This document shows positions 1 through 13,163 of a stretch of 64,000 nucleotides of DNA, in pieces; positions within the stretch are counted from its first letter, which is position 1, and each line of letters begins with the position of its first letter. The notes beneath the pieces were generated by a model, which was not told where the DNA came from, searched no databases, and worked only from the letters and a program-made list of their open reading frames with translations. The stretch comes from Macrostomum lignano (taxonomy: Eukaryota), in contig NIVC01000226.1 in NCBI GenBank assembly GCA_002269645.1, positions 1 through 64,000 on the forward strand, read 5' to 3'. The translations under genes and the position numbers were made by a program.

Positions 1-199
1 CTGTCTGCATTGACGCTGCTATGAAATAAATTCGTCCAGTTCACCTGGGAGCGGTAGCGAGCACTGCTTGTAGCGGTGCAGTTCCTTCTCATCAGCAAAG
101 TTCGGACTGCTTCTCGTCTTGCTGCACGACGCAGGGACTTACGGGGTCGTGCTTTTGAGGCAACCAATATGGTCGACGCTGCCTACTATAAAAATTGCT

Positions 200-560
200 T
201 CTTTTTGCGCTTGCTGATCAGGAAACTTCTGCTTCTGCGCTTGCTGATCAGGAAACTTCTGCTTCTTGCGCTTGCTGATCAGGAAACTTCTGCTTCTGCG
301 CTTGCTGATTAGGAAACGTCTGCTTCTGCGCTTGCTGATCAGGAAACTTCTGCTTCTGCGCTTGCTGATTAGGAAACGTTCTGCTTCTGCGCTTGCTGAT
401 CAGGAAACTTCTGCTTCTGCGCTTGCTGATCAGGAAACTTCTGCTTCTGCGCTTGCTGATCGGAAACTTCTGCTTCTGCGCTTGCGGATTAGGGCATTGC
501 TGCTTCTGCGCTTGCTGGATTAGAGCATTGCTGCTTCTGCGCTTGCGGATTATGGCATTG
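200..560. repeat. ~30-bp tandem repeat (CTTCTGCTTCTGCGCTTGCTGATCAGGAAA)
   Basis: About 12 degenerate units; source of the overlapping repetitive ORFs at 76-692. Confidence 0.9.
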
Positions 561-1874
561 CTGCTTTGCACTGCAAGCACTTCTGATAAGAAAACTTCTG
601 CTTCCATGGCTGTTTCTGCATCATGTAATGATTGCTTTGCTGATATTCAATCTGTTGAAAATCATTGCAAGACTTCTGCCGCTTTTGCATAGGACCCACA
701 GCCTGTGGCTTAAGTAGAAGTGGTGGGAAACCTTTTCTTGGCACACATTTAATATGCTGGCAATTATCTTCCATTTCTTTCTTGCTAGCTTTGCTGCGCA
801 TTATCTAATTTAATAGTACTGTTTCCACAGATTCTTTCTTAGCATCCTAACTGAAGATCTCTATTTCTTGCTGCAAATTTAAATCATGGTTTGAGTAATT
901 ATTTTTTTAAGTATTGAAAGTAGCAGTATTTTACAATAATAGTTTTAATTCAATACTATAACTCAATACAATACTACAAAAAGACTATCTATGCATTAAA
1001 AAATTAAACTGCCATTAAACTAAAAGCTAAACTAAAAGGATTGCAATTCCAAACAAAAACCAATTTATAAAGCTAAGTCATGCTTAGAAATTATTAAGAT
1101 GTTAAAATCATGTTAAAATCATAAAATATGTACATTCTTATGTTTAAAGGGCAATAGGCATAAACATCTAGCTAAAATCTCTATTAGGTTGGGCCCTTGA
1201 ATAAATGGCATAGTGGTTTTGTCTATTGGTAGGATAAAACTATTGTTCAAACAAACAAATAAGACACCCTATTGGAATAAATGTTGAAAACCCATGGATG
1301 CGCACTTTAGAAAAGAGTCAAACTATTTTACTGCGCTTTAGGATTATTAGAGATGTTCCATTTCATTGAAATCAAAATTTGCTAGCTTTCCAAAATTGAA
1401 ATTGAAATTTTCTGAAATCAAACTTCAGAAAAACAAAGTTTAGTATGACCAACACTAACTTTTTTACTTTTAATTTACTGCTTATGCAAAACAAAATACA
1501 TGTATATGTAGCAGAATTAGTCTATTTAAAATGACTTTTTAGACACTTCCAAAATTTTGACTTCTAAATTTTTTTCAAAATTGAAATTTGCTTTTTAAAA
1601 ATTCAAATTTTGGAAAATGAAATTGAAATTTCAGAACTTCTCCTAAGCTTTATAAATTATGAGTGTATAGGCCCTTTCCACAGAGGTATTAGACCCCTTT
1701 ACATGTATATGTATTTGCTAGAGCAGCAGCTAGCAAAAAAACGCAATGCACGCGCAGGCACTACATGCCTGTGCACACATTGCACTTTAGAAAAAATTTC
1801 AAAAGTGCACTGGATGCCACCTGCAATTTTACTTTTTCCTGTAGAGATAGGACACAAGTCTAAAAAATATAGTA

Positions 1875-3188
1875 CGAGGGTTGTTCGGAAAGTCCACGAT
1901 CAAACATGCATATCTTTTTTTAGTCACTACTTTGTCTTGAAACTTTATACCATAGACAAATATCATACCCTCAATGTTTTAAATCAAGAGTGGTCTTGTT
2001 TGAGCCAGGAATTTCCTTCTTGCAGTGTTTTTTGTCACACACGAATTCCATCACTATGCTGAATAACAAAGAAGCAAAGCAAAGTTTCATTTGGTTTTTG
2101 TGGAAACAAGGAAAGTGACAGGCAGAAATTCTTTGCGAGTTGCAAGCAACGTATGGCAAATGTGCACCATCAAAAACAATGGTCAACAAGTGGGTTCAGC
2201 ATTTTGAAGATGGCTGGGAGACAGTCAATGACCTTCCACGGAGTGGCCAACCTGCCACCATGGTCAACAGGTTAAACATTGAGCTTGTGCATTGTGCTCC
2301 GGATGTTGACTGCCGAGCTACAATGCGAGAGTTGTTAACCATTACTGGCATCTCATCAACAACCTTTTATTCAATCAAAAATCCTGATGGTTGAGCACTG
2401 TATGTCACGTGTTGTTGCTCGTTGGGTCCCAAAACTTCTGACTGACCAGCAGCAGCGAGAGCAGGTCCAGGTGTGTTGGCAGCTCCTTTAGTCATATTGT
2501 AGTGATCCCAACTTTTTGGACCAGATTATGACTGGGGATGAATCTTGGTTTCATTATAGTGAGCTAGAGTCCAAGATGCAGAGCAGTGTGTAGAAGGCCA
2601 GCCATGAGCCCACACCTGTAAGGCCCTGACAGCACCTTTAGCTGGCAAGCAAATGGCCACCATCTTCTGGACAAGGAGGGTATTCTGCTCATCAAATGGC
2701 TTCCTCATGGTGCCACAATAAACAGTGAGTACTATATCCAAGTCCTGCAGAAGTTGTGTGAAACCATCAAGGCCCAGCAGTGTGGCAAGCTGAGCTGTGG
2801 TATCCTGCTATCTGCTTCAGCACAACAATGCCAGGCCGCATACTAGCTAGGCAACAATGGCTGCCATTTCAGACCTAGGCTTTGAGGTGCTACCACACCT
2901 ACCCTACTCACTGGACCTTGCACCCAGTGACTTCTGCCTTTTTGAAATGATGAAAAAACCCTCCGAGGTACAGCTCTCTACAGACCCTGGCATTGGCCAT
3001 CAGCCAGTGGGTCAGGGGGTCACCTGCCAATTTCTATGCTGCCAGCATCAAGAAGTTGTCTGAGAGGTAGCTCAAGTGCATAAGCTTCAAGGGTGCCTAC
3101 GTTGAGAAGCAGGAAGATTAGCGTTACATTTGTTCTATCCGTTAAACTGTTAGAGGTGTTTGATTGCGGACTTTCCAAACAACCCTTG
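1875..3188 (+). mobile_element. Mariner (Tc1/mariner, irritans-like) transposon with pseudogenised transposase
   Basis: TA-flanked ~32-bp TIRs: TA|CGAGGGTTGTTCGGAAAGTCCACGATCAAACA and TGTTTGATTGCGGACTTTCCAAACAACCCTTG|TA. Length ~1.3 kb. Motifs WVPKLL, TGDESW (2531), HNNARPH (2821), YSLDLAPSDF (2905). Multiple stops and frameshifts. Confidence 0.95.
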
Positions 3189-4349
3189 TATATTGATTAA
3201 CATTTTGGAAAATGGCATTTGGCATAAACTAGCTTGATAATGCCACAGTATAGTGGTCTAACATGGTGTGGCAGCATGGTATGATGGCAAGGTAGATAGA
3301 TGTATAGCAGCAGCTAAGGTTAGCCTATCAAATGATGCCCCCCCCCCCTTAGTCTAACACGTATAGTTAATATAGTTAATTTTGTTATCTAGTATACTTA
3401 TACTATATGTTGAAATGCAATACTATATTATAACCAATTGCCTTTATTGCAAATAGCATTTGGCAAAAATTAGCCCCTAACAATATAAGTAGTCTGGCAA
3501 AGGAAAGGGTGACATCTAATGCAGTTCAGACCTTGGCTGCAATAGGGTTGCAATGTAGACAAGTCTTAGTTACATAACCCTAGGCCAATAAAATAAACCT
3601 TATAAAAGAAAATTAAAAATATATTTTACTTTTTAAAATGAATGTTTTATAAATAATATATTAATATATTTATTCTACTTTTTGTTTATATATAAAGTAA
3701 TGTTAGGCCTAATTTCTAATATAAAGTACATTTTAGAATCTACAAACAAATATATAGTCTTATGGCTATAAAAATAGGCCTATTAGAGTATTTATTCTTA
3801 TACTTTTATTGCATTTATTTTATTTTTAAACATTTTAAGATAAAAAATGCTTAGGAAGATCCTACAAAGACTTAAATTTAAATAGTCTATTATCATCAAT
3901 TATGAATGAATAAATGTTATTATTTTGGTTGACGGTCATTTTGTCTGCCGCCTTTTTGTCTGCCAATATACGATATAGTTGTTTCGTCTACCAATATATA
4001 TAATATATAAATCAGAATAACTAATTATGTCATCAAGCTTCGCATGGAAGTGTAATGTAAATGTCTTATTAATTGTAATTTATTATAATGCTAGGATTTT
4101 TCTGAAAGTTCCAGAGCTAAAATGTTGCATATAAATACACAAAGCCAGAAGCAAATATCTCCAATTGTTTAGTTTCCTTCCAACTTTCTTTTTACAAATA
4201 ATTGCAAATTTTTTAAAATTGTAAAACTTTGTAAATTGTAAATTGTAAAATTGTAAAAAATTTTTACAAATTACGCATGCGTCCATGGTGAAAAAATTAT
4301 CGATAACACCACTTTCTCAGAAAATAACTTCGCATCGATGCATTAGGTC

Positions 4350-4880
4350 CATGGTCAGGAAGGTGCAGCGTGTGCGCCGGAATAACATCCATCAAAATTT
4401 TTGTTGTGCGCCGCGTGCGCCGAGAAAAAAAAATTACTTGTGCGCCCCATGCGCCGAGAAAAATACACTTGAAAAAGCACCATCAAGTATTAAGTATCTA
4501 AATTGAATCAATATCAATGGAAGTTCAAGCAGTTCAATCATGGCTTCTATTTGCAAAATATAAGCAAAAAGACGCAACAAAAGCCGCGAAAGGTGCAAAT
4601 TTGTTAAGTTTGTTAAGTCGATTAATGAAATTTGAAATAGAAACAACATTGGAAATAACGACTATCGTGATGACTATCGTTCATTTTATTGATTGATTGA
4701 CATTTAATATACGTTTTTTTATTATTCATTATTATATTGTCACGTACACTGACATACCTTGTGCGCCATGCGCCGAGCCATGCACCGATGCACCAAGCCA
4801 TGCGCCGATGCGCCGAGCCCATGCGCGCGGCGCAGTGAAGTGTGCGCCGTACACCGGCAAATTGCTGATTTGCGCCGGAA
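4350..4880. mobile_element. Putative non-autonomous DNA transposon with clustered TGCGCCG subterminal motifs
   Basis: TGCGCCG/CGGCGCA clusters at both ends of an AT-rich core; CpG-rich relative to flanks. Exact TIR and TSD not resolved. Confidence 0.4.
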
Positions 4881-5334
4881 AATTCCGAGGATTCTACCGT
4901 CTTCCTGGCTGTGGCATTAGGTTAGGTTAGTTAGGTTTCCAGTGCTGGGCATTAACTAGTTAATTGTTTAACTAGTTAATTAACTAGTTAATTTTTTTTA
5001 AAAATCGTTAAATTTTCGTTTAATTTTTTATGTAATAACTAGTTAACAAAAATCATTAATTTTTTTCTGTAAGTTAAAGTTAAATGACAAAAGTTAATAA
5101 TTCCGGGAAATGGAGTTCCCCGGGTTCAAAATCCGCGGGTTTGAACAGCTTGTATGCCATTAAAAAGTAAAATTAATACATCTTTCTAAGCATTATTTAA
5201 TGCGTCACAAACTATTACATGTATATATTTCAAATACAAGTTATAATGTATAGAATATTCCGGAAGATTCTGGAATCTTCAACTATTATCTATTGATATT
5301 CTACCCAAGGACTACTAGAAGTTATCGTTGTACA

Positions 5335-6340
5335 TAGGGATGTCGATTCCCCAGGGAATTTTCTTATCGGGGACCTGGGGAATTTACTGTCATTCCCCGG
5401 GGACCCTGGGGACCCCGGGGAAAAAAATAAGTAAAAAACAGCGGATAACTTAGATCTTTATAAGTCACTAAGTGGCATTTTTTAAACTTTGATTAAAGCT
5501 TTGGATGGACTACATATTCAAGGCGCAAGGGTAAAAACTTTAAGCAATGTTTGTTTGAAACTGTATTTGACAACATGGCATCACCAAATTGTGTGCGCAC
5601 CTTTATCAGAAAGGGTCCAGACTCCGGAGGCGGAAAATGCATACTCAGCAGCTGCACTCGTGGGAGGATAATTAATGAATGAGACTGTTTTTATAATCGG
5701 AATTTTAATTTCTTGCAGATACATGTAAATCACCATTTTGTCCTGTCTAATACGGAGTATTTTGTTATTGTATGACACCCCCCTATGCGTCAGTGACTGA
5801 CACAGGATATGGCGCTGTGCCTGCGTCAAATGTGTCAAGCCGTCAACGTAGACCAACACAATAGTCAGTAAGGCTTCTTTTTCCTGACAGGTTTCTACGC
5901 TCGTACATTCAATTTGCTTGATTGAAAGACTCATAATGAAAAAAAAACATTCAAACAGGTCGCTAATTTCATAAGACCGAAATTTCACAATGCCAAAAAT
6001 TCTACATGCAATACAATCCTTATTGTAAAGTTTTCTACAACGTGAAATTTTGGTCTTATGAAGTTTTGGTCTTGTGAAGTATGGTGTTTCGGCGTTGTGA
6101 AATTTAGGTCTTATGAACCCCCCCCATTCAAACGTGTGTTGTGTTTGAAATAATACATTGAAATAAGCAGTTTTGTGGTAAAAAAGCATAGACAGAGTTT
6201 CAATCAGCTTTCTGTGAATGATTTTCTTATTTAAATGGCAAAAATTTAGTTAAAAATGCTTTTTTTTCTCCCCAGGGTCCCCGGTCTAATTCCCAGGGGA
6301 GTATTCCCTGACAAGCTCCCCAGGGCGCCGCAACCTGGCC
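5335..6340. mobile_element. Nested MITE-like element with inverted CCGGGGACCCTGGGGA subterminal motifs
   Basis: GGGGACC-rich block at 5340-5425 is mirrored in inverse at 6265-6325. Termini imperfect, no TSD found. Confidence 0.45.
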
Positions 6341-6529
6341 ACAGCCACGCCACGCCGACCTGAAATTTAAAAAACATACCAAACACATGTCCAGGAAAAT
6401 GTCACTTTTTCTGTTAAGGAATTATTAACTTTAACTTTTAACTTTTCAGAAGTTAAATTTTGGGCAAAAGTTAAATAATTAACTAGTTACAGTTAATTTT
6501 TTTGGAGCAATTAAATTAACTTATAACTT

Positions 6530-9500
6530 CCCAGTAAAAAAGGGTAGTCGGAATCCGATCGGAATGTCCGGTCGGAATTTGTCAGCAAAGTGGCTCGTGC
6601 AATCCGGTCGTTTTCTAGTCGGAGTTTTCCGATCGGAATGTGACGCTAATATCCGACTAAATTACGATTAGGTTGTATTTTTCAGAATTTGCTTTTGCAT
6701 CGGCTAGCTTGCGTAAAAAATAAACAAATCGGTTTTCAAAGTGCTTAGCAAAATAATACATTATTTAAAATATTATTCTGCTTGAAGAGTGAAGCACAAT
6801 AATGATTGGCTATTTAATTTACTCAATGCATTGTATATTATGCAATTATAAAGATTACAGTAAGCAATTTCTGCACAACACGTCAAGAGAGTAATTGTAT
6901 TACACGTGGATGCAAGGAAACATCAAGAAAGAGCATAATAATAATGCAATATATGCAGAAAATGAGTGCCGAAAACAAATAATAAAATACAGAAAACAAA
7001 TGCAGAATAATACAATAATATGATTGATGAACAACACATGAATGCAAAAAGCTAGCTAGCTAGATAAATGTTGTGAACCAAACGGCTGCATTATCAGTCA
7101 GCGAACTTACAGCCAGAGTCAGCACATGGTTTGTCATCACAGGTGGCGGCAGAGGCGCTTCATTGTCGCAATTGCTTCCCCCACTGACACTCCACAAATG
7201 TTGGTCTGGAGCTCTTGCACTTTCAGACGCCATCGCAGAAGCTCTAAATGGCCTTTGATGCAATCCAGAGAACTCGGAGGATATGGTCCTGCATTGAATA
7301 ATTTAGAGAGTTAATGGCATGATCAGCAGACCAGTTGGGCACCTTCACTGTCATTAGAAAGATTTGGAAATAAAAAATAAGGAGAATAGTTGTCTTCAGG
7401 CAAGGCAAGAAAAAACTTGACATTTGCAATCTTTAAAACTGGTATAAAAGCAATTGGAATATATACTATAAGAATAAAAACACAAAGAACACATACCCTT
7501 GAAGATCTCGCCAAAGTATGCTTGTACATATTCAAAGACATTTGATCTTTGATCCTTGTTAGCTAGGCCTAGTCAGCTCTTCCAGGATCCTTTTCCCCAG
7601 TCTTGAACTGAACCTAGAGATCCCATCCATTATGTAGCAAACAGACTGTGGCACCTTTGCACTAATGCACCACATCTAGACCAGCAGTGTCTGAAATAGA
7701 AGCAGAAGCCATTGATAAGATAATAATACAAGCTGTAGCATGCTTAGTAAAGCTAGAACTAGGGGCCTAGTCTTAGTCTAAAAGTGCTCTATGATAACTA
7801 AGAGAAATAATATAAACAATAAAAAATTAATACTAGCATAATCAAAATGTACAATCATATTTACTATTATAAATAATGTATTCTAAGGATATAATGTCCT
7901 GAGTATTTTTTATCTTATTGACCTGTTGTCTATTTGAACTTTCATTTGACATTGAGATATATAGTACTTTATTTATCTAAATATACTAAATCTTAATATT
8001 TCTAAAGGCAAAATTAAAAGACCAAATTATTCTAAGTCTTAGCTAGGGTCCGGATTGTGTAATAGTGTATGCTAGAACAAGAATCTTATCTTAGCTAAAT
8101 GTATGCCAGTGTATGCCAAAAACAAAAAAATCATTAAAATGTAAACTAAAAAAGCCTCCTAAAAAGGTCATTTGGTTTTCACAAGTTGAGTTTCCTAAGA
8201 AAGGTTTTTGTATGAAAAGTATTCTTTAAAATATTATACATATTTTCATTTTAGACAAACTTGATTGTACCTATAAAAATAATGATGCAACATTTACATT
8301 TTAATAATAATTTTACTACTCTAAATCATTTTTAATTATAAAGAAGTAGAAAGTTTATTATTAATTTCTTGAGTATACAAATATTTCTTTATTTTACATA
8401 AAAACATTAATTTACATTGAAATTTTCATGCTCAACATAAATTTATTCACCAAAAGTTGTAGGCCAAAAATGGATGTGAATTTGTATACCAAAATTTGTA
8501 TGCCAAAAAATGTATAAATTATACACCAAAATTTGTATGCCAACTTTAAAATGAGTCAGTTGACATTTGCATATCCAAATTTTCTGACATACATGTAACA
8601 TTCCAGGGTCTAGAGTCTTAGTTTAATTAGAGTTCTAGAGTTCTAAGCATAGAAATGTTTTATAAGCAAGTGTAAATAGCTATTGACATGTGGCCTATAT
8701 TATTTACTTACTAGGCCTAGTCTATAAATAATAAGTTAATAATTCTTCATTATAATACTAAAAAGAAAGTCTTATCTAAAAGCAAATTATAATATACAAT
8801 TGTAAACTATAGACATTATTCAATTACTTTGCTTAAATGCCTTAGCCTAAACAAATGTCTATTGATTGTTAGGTATATTGAGTAAACCTAATAAGACACA
8901 CTAAATGTCTAAAGTAAGTTTAACTAGGGCCTGGCCAAGGCCTTATATTTTTAGATTCAATGACTAAAAGCCTAAAACTAGGTAGTATTAATTTCATATA
9001 TAAGAAAAACAAGGTATAAGTTGTAGTTGTAGTTAAATGAAAATACTGCTTTAAAGACAATCTTGAGAAAAATGTGTAGCAAAATAGGCTAGGCCTAGAC
9101 CCTAGTAAAGTAGGAATTGCAATAGGAGTAGGCCTAGGAGTATTGCAATTAGCAATAATTAATAAGATAGTGGTTAGGCATTAAGTAGGTTTTTAATAAC
9201 AAGGTTTTTAATTTTAATTTAGTAATATTTTTGCCAGTGCCAGTGCTAGTGCCAGTGGAAAGACGCTATAAGCAAAAATATAACGAAAAGGTTATATAGA
9301 GAGGAAGGTAAAAAATAAATCGCTTTTTAAATACTTTCGATATAAATTGGATGGCCAGCATTTTTTTGTGGCATCAAAACAAAAACTGAATTATTGTAGT
9401 AATTTTTTGTATCATAAAGGTATATTCTGCACATTCTGGCAATACATAAAAGCAAGAAAACACGTTTAGTACAGCACATGCGTTATGAATATGGCTGTAT

Positions 9501-9743
9501 CGGAAAGTAGGAAGAAAAATGAGTACAAATTCCGATCGGAAGAAGAAGAGATGGTTTCCGACTATTTTCCGATTGCGCAAATATAGCTCGAAAAACATTT
9601 TATTGTATTTTTTATGCTTATTATCATAGTAACGTGTTATATAAAACAAAATATTGTGGTTTAAACCTTTTCCGGCAAATTCCGACTGCCGATTAAATTC
9701 CGATCAGATTCCAATCGAATTCCGACTACCCTTTTTTACTGGG
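6530..9743. mobile_element. CMC (CACTA/Mirage/Chapaev)-type non-autonomous transposon
   Basis: [28 protein letters not shown](C/T)CGAT at both ends, CCC termini, 2-bp TT TSD, repeated TCGGAAT subterminal motifs. Removing it restores the TTAACTT motif run of the host element. Confidence 0.8.
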
Positions 9744-12700
9744 TTTTAACGAGTTAAAAAAATTGATTAACTTGCCCAGCACTGGGGGCTAATTGAGGAA
9801 TGGGCCGGTAGTCTCCTCCGCCTCCACGCTGTATCCGTCGGTCGATGCCACCTCAAATTTGAGTTGGCAAACAAATAGTACTGTTTGACTATATTCGTTT
9901 TTAAACACATTTTTTTATGGCTGAATCCATCTAATTTTTGAATAGAATCAGCTAAGGCTTAGTACATTAAAACACAAAGAAATTTAATGAAGCTGGTTAG
10001 AACTCTTTAAAAATAAATAATTGTGTATCTGTGCTAAATTTATTATAGCAAATATATCAACGTACTCAAAATAAAAGTAACCTTTGCTCTCGACTTTGAT
10101 CATGCACAACTTTAAAACGAAACGGGCAAGCGTGCATGCCAGGTACTTTAACTAGTGCACAATGTAGCACGGTGCACACAATACAGGACAGGCTTTGTAC
10201 AGTAGCTTCGTGCAGTGCAGCATAGTTCAGTGTAGGCTAACAAGCTAACATGTGGTGTTCTAACAGGCGGCCGTGTAAAGTAAGAAAATATTGCTAGAGC
10301 AGAGGCTTAGATTTATGTAACCTAATTTATATTGTAAGTAATGATGAAATTAGAGATATATATAATGCGAACTCTTAGAGGAACTTGAGCTAATCACTGA
10401 TCTGATAACACTTTTAATATCTCACCAGGATTTTTATTGTTAATGTTATTGAAGTAGGCCCATCATTCAAAATTAGGCTATAGAAGAATAGTATAGTATC
10501 TAGTACTAGTATAGGCCCTAGTTTGGCTTTTGTCTTGCTAGGGCTTTAAATGTCATTTTTAAACAATTTTAAGTATTTTAATTTAAATGCTAACCAAATT
10601 ATAGAACATGTCATAAGCTCTAGTTATCATAATAAAGATGAAGCTTTAAATAATGTCTTTTAAGACTAATAAATAGGGCCTATATATAGGCCTAGGTCAT
10701 AATTTTTTCAAAAGTTTATTTGTTATATCATAAGCTAAAAATTTCTAATGACAAATTTTGCAACTTATCATTGGTCTGTTAATTTATGCTTGGTAGATTA
10801 GCTAGATTAGCCAGAAATTGCGCTTATGCACATGGGATAAGCTGATAAGTAAACACTTGTTAAATAACTTAATATGATTATGTACTACATACTATGTTCA
10901 TAATCATAATTATAGATATAGGTCCCTAGCAATTTTAGTATCAATTATGTATAAGGCCTATGATAACTTTTTTTTTACCAGATATAGCATATATGCCTAG
11001 CTAAGGTTAAATTATGTTTAGGTCTATTAGTTCTTTATAGCAATAAGAATACTATGCCATTTTCCACTTGTCAAACTATCAAAAGGGGATTTTTGACAAT
11101 TTTGCTATATTAAAATAAAGCAATTCAGGCATATAAGATTTAAGAATATATGCTAACTGTTTTGTTAATATACCTTCTCAAATAAGAAGACTCAAGTTTG
11201 AAAAGTCTAGTTGCCAAACCTTAGACTATCAAAAATTAAGATAGGCCTATTCAATCTTCAATGATTCTGCTATAAGTAGAGGCCTATCTAGACTAGATAT
11301 ATTTTATTAATTATAATTTTAGACAAAAAGCCTAACTATTTTTTGTATAATTTGATTTCATTTTTTCCTTATAAGTGCTAATATATTATTCAAAATGTTC
11401 TTATGCACCAACCAGCATTATACCTTAGTGTAGCCTTGCCAAGCTTCTAATTTTATTAGCATATTATTTCCAAAGCAAGTGTTTGCATTTGCTCTGACTT
11501 TTTTCATATATAGGCCTACTCAACTCACCCGATTTGTAAGGTGGCCCATGTAATGCACTTGATTTACTAAAGTAAAAAGTAAATATAGTTTTACAAAAAG
11601 TAAAAAGTTGATAACTTTTGTCATTCGCAACCAATGTTGACAAAATGTTAACACTATGTAATTTACTTTTTGACCAAAAATGTAACTTACTTAGGAAAAA
11701 AAGCCCTAAAGAAAAATTAATGCAATTTTGGTTAAATAAGAGGAGTAACTATTACTATTTTATATTAAGGCTAAATACCTCATTATCAAGGCCTAATTAC
11801 TACTAAGTCTATATTTTTGGTATCCTTAGCTAGTCTTTAATCATTTTATTATTACCCTATTGCTATTTGGCACCTTCAACAGATGATACTAGACATATAA
11901 AATACAATTACAATTAAAGTATGATAGCTATTACTTAAAACTCAACATATTGAAAAGTTTGTTTTGATTATAATGGTAATTTTATTTGATTTCATGTATA
12001 CTTGGTAGTGTCAAAGGGCTGATTCTTCTGTCTCTTCAAATGATTCCATAGCTGTCACTAAAATTGTCAAAGGGCTAAATTCCTGTTATTATAAATTTTG
12101 GTAGCTGCCACCAGGATTATCCTATTAATAAATTATGAGTTTATCAATCTTAGAATAATCTGAGAAACATTTCTTAGAATTGATCTGAGTATATATCTTA
12201 GTATTTAGTCTGAGTTTTTAGTCTGAGTATTATTCTTGGAAACTATTAGCCCTTAAAGATTTTATTCCTCTGTTATTCTGGTAGCGTATATTCGGATTCC
12301 GGTAGCATTTGCTGTATTTTTGGCCTGAGTGGTCTATTGGCTATACTGGTATATGTATTCCATGTACTTTGCAAGTCCTTGGGCATTACCGAGATCAGAA
12401 GGTCACAGCCTCCAGTTATTCTAACACGTATCACTTCAGATCTACTTTGTAGTTTCTTACTACTCAATACTGCTGCTTCTCAATAGTATGTACTGTATAT
12501 GCTTCAGTCTATTTCACTCTTACTTCCTAAAAGGAATTAACACAGAAAACACTTCTTCAATTCTTATTTTCTCCGAACTCTTACTATTCGCTATCAATCA
12601 CTTATTGCGGAACCACAATGCACAAGGTTGGTCTCTCCTCCATTGAAATTGCTTCTATTTATACTAAAATTTACTGCTAGTTTAAACAAAAATTAGTTTG

Positions 12701-13163
12701 CGTAAAATATTATAGAAAATATGAGTATTAAAACAAAATATGTTTCTCAGTTTTGCCATGAATTCAAATTGACTAAATGGTGACTATTTTATAAAGAAAT
12801 CGGGAGGGGCCCTGCACAGTAGCAATCTTAAAAATCTTTTTATATCTATAGTCAGGTTTCTTTTTGTCTTTTGAAAGTGCTAACAGCATTTGAATGACAA
12901 CCAGATGCTTGAGAAACTAGCTCAAGGTACCTAACAAATGAGGTTGGCCCATTGTAATGTATAATAATGTATGTTCAAAATATTGAAGCTTGATAAGAAA
13001 AATCTGACTTTGTTGCAACAGGAAGTTGAAGTTGACAATAGCATTGGGATGATGAATGACTAAATAACTAAGAAACTGGATATAATTAATTTTTAAGAAA
13101 CAATCACAATTTTTTTATTTCAAAATTTCAGACTTCCATTTGAGTGCACTCAAGATTCTAAAA

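Larger units (their letters stand above)
4940..9784. mobile_element. hAT-like non-autonomous element (12-bp TIR CAGTGCTGGGCA) containing nested insertions
   Basis: CAGTGCTGGGCA at 4940 and TGCCCAGCACTG ending at 9784; TTAACT/AGTTAA subterminal motifs at both ends. No 8-bp TSD seen. Confidence 0.6.

Noticed and set aside
76-801. Basic or Gln-rich repeat protein on the - strand (QQAQKQKFP / ISKRRSRSFL)
   Set aside because: Frames shift between units, there are internal stops, and no recognisable domain is present; treated as a tandem repeat.
5581-6189. 202-aa ORF on the - strand
   Set aside because: It lies in a non-autonomous element, is built partly from GGTCTTATGAA motifs, and has no domain signature.
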